This document shows positions 63,461-64,000 of a stretch of 64,000 nt of DNA, one piece after another (the stretch's first letter is position 1; every line of letters starts with the position of its first letter). The notes under the pieces are model-generated. The model saw only the letters and a list, made by a program, of their open reading frames with translations, searched no databases and was not told the origin of the DNA. The position numbers were made by a program, and so were the translations under genes. This stretch comes from Macrostomum hystrix (Eukaryota; Animalia; Platyhelminthes): contig CATNEN010000008.1 of NCBI GenBank assembly GCA_950097015.1, forward strand, positions 2,170,001 through 2,234,000, in the 5' to 3' direction.

Positions 63461-64000
63461 GATTGAATGCTGACTAGTTTGCAGGCTGGATATCTGCAAT
63501 GTTTATAAGCTTTGCAGGTTTAGAAAATTTATCACTAAGAACCTTCCAAAAAAGAAGCTTGTCATCAGACAAGTTTATTTATCAACTTGAGTTGATTTAG
63601 TAGTATGGCTAGTTATCCAACTATTACCTTAAAAAATTACATATTTTAGATTGCTCTAGCCCGTGGCTATGTTTTTAATGAACAGATTTAAGCTAGCTAT
63701 TATTGGTTGAGTTTTATAATTTTTCTTGACAGAATCACAAAAAATTCATCTAATTGGAAATTGCCAACACTTTTACATCCAGCTACTCTTGAAGCTCCAA
63801 TCTTATTGGAGCAACAATACGAGCTCTTTTTGTTGTTTGTCTCCCACTTGGTGTCTTACCTGAGACAAAAATTTACATTGAAAGTACAGGCCCATCATGG
63901 GCTATATTGATGTTTGAAGGTGGGTGAAAAATTGAAGTTACTAATCGGGTACACACGAGCACCCTCTCCCTGCGGGCGAAATTGAAGTTACTAATGCCAG

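Overview
This is eukaryotic (animal) genomic DNA, not prokaryotic. Three spliced genes lie on the minus strand, and I reconstructed each exon by exon with consistent splice phases. (1) An SLC4A11/BTR1-type SLC4 transporter has 19 coding exons over 3165-34116; two of its introns use GC-AG and its 5' end is unresolved. (2) A Shox (PRD-class, Q50) homeobox gene has 3 exons over 43650-46285 (346 aa). (3) A protein with six U1/matrin-type C2H2 zinc fingers (ZNF385/ZNF346-like) has 4 exons over 58136-63460 (about 352 aa). Almost every long intron is filled by its own minisatellite (8-45 bp units), often abutting a splice donor. Two tRNA-derived SINE families are dispersed through the window: family A (7 copies, one with a 13-bp TSD) and family B (3 copies, one with a 10-bp TSD). 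Two elements bounded by inverted repeats (219-980, 23711-25446) look like non-autonomous DNA transposons. The most unusual structure is an inverted pair of SINE-A copies that share about 120 bp beyond the tail and enclose a frame-symmetric SLC4A11 exon. The architecture recalls Macrostomum-type flatworm genomes, but that is an inference I cannot confirm. Most long ORFs in the supplied track are artefacts of the repeats. I found no clear novel multi-gene system; the novelty here is at the level of mobile elements, repeats and splicing.
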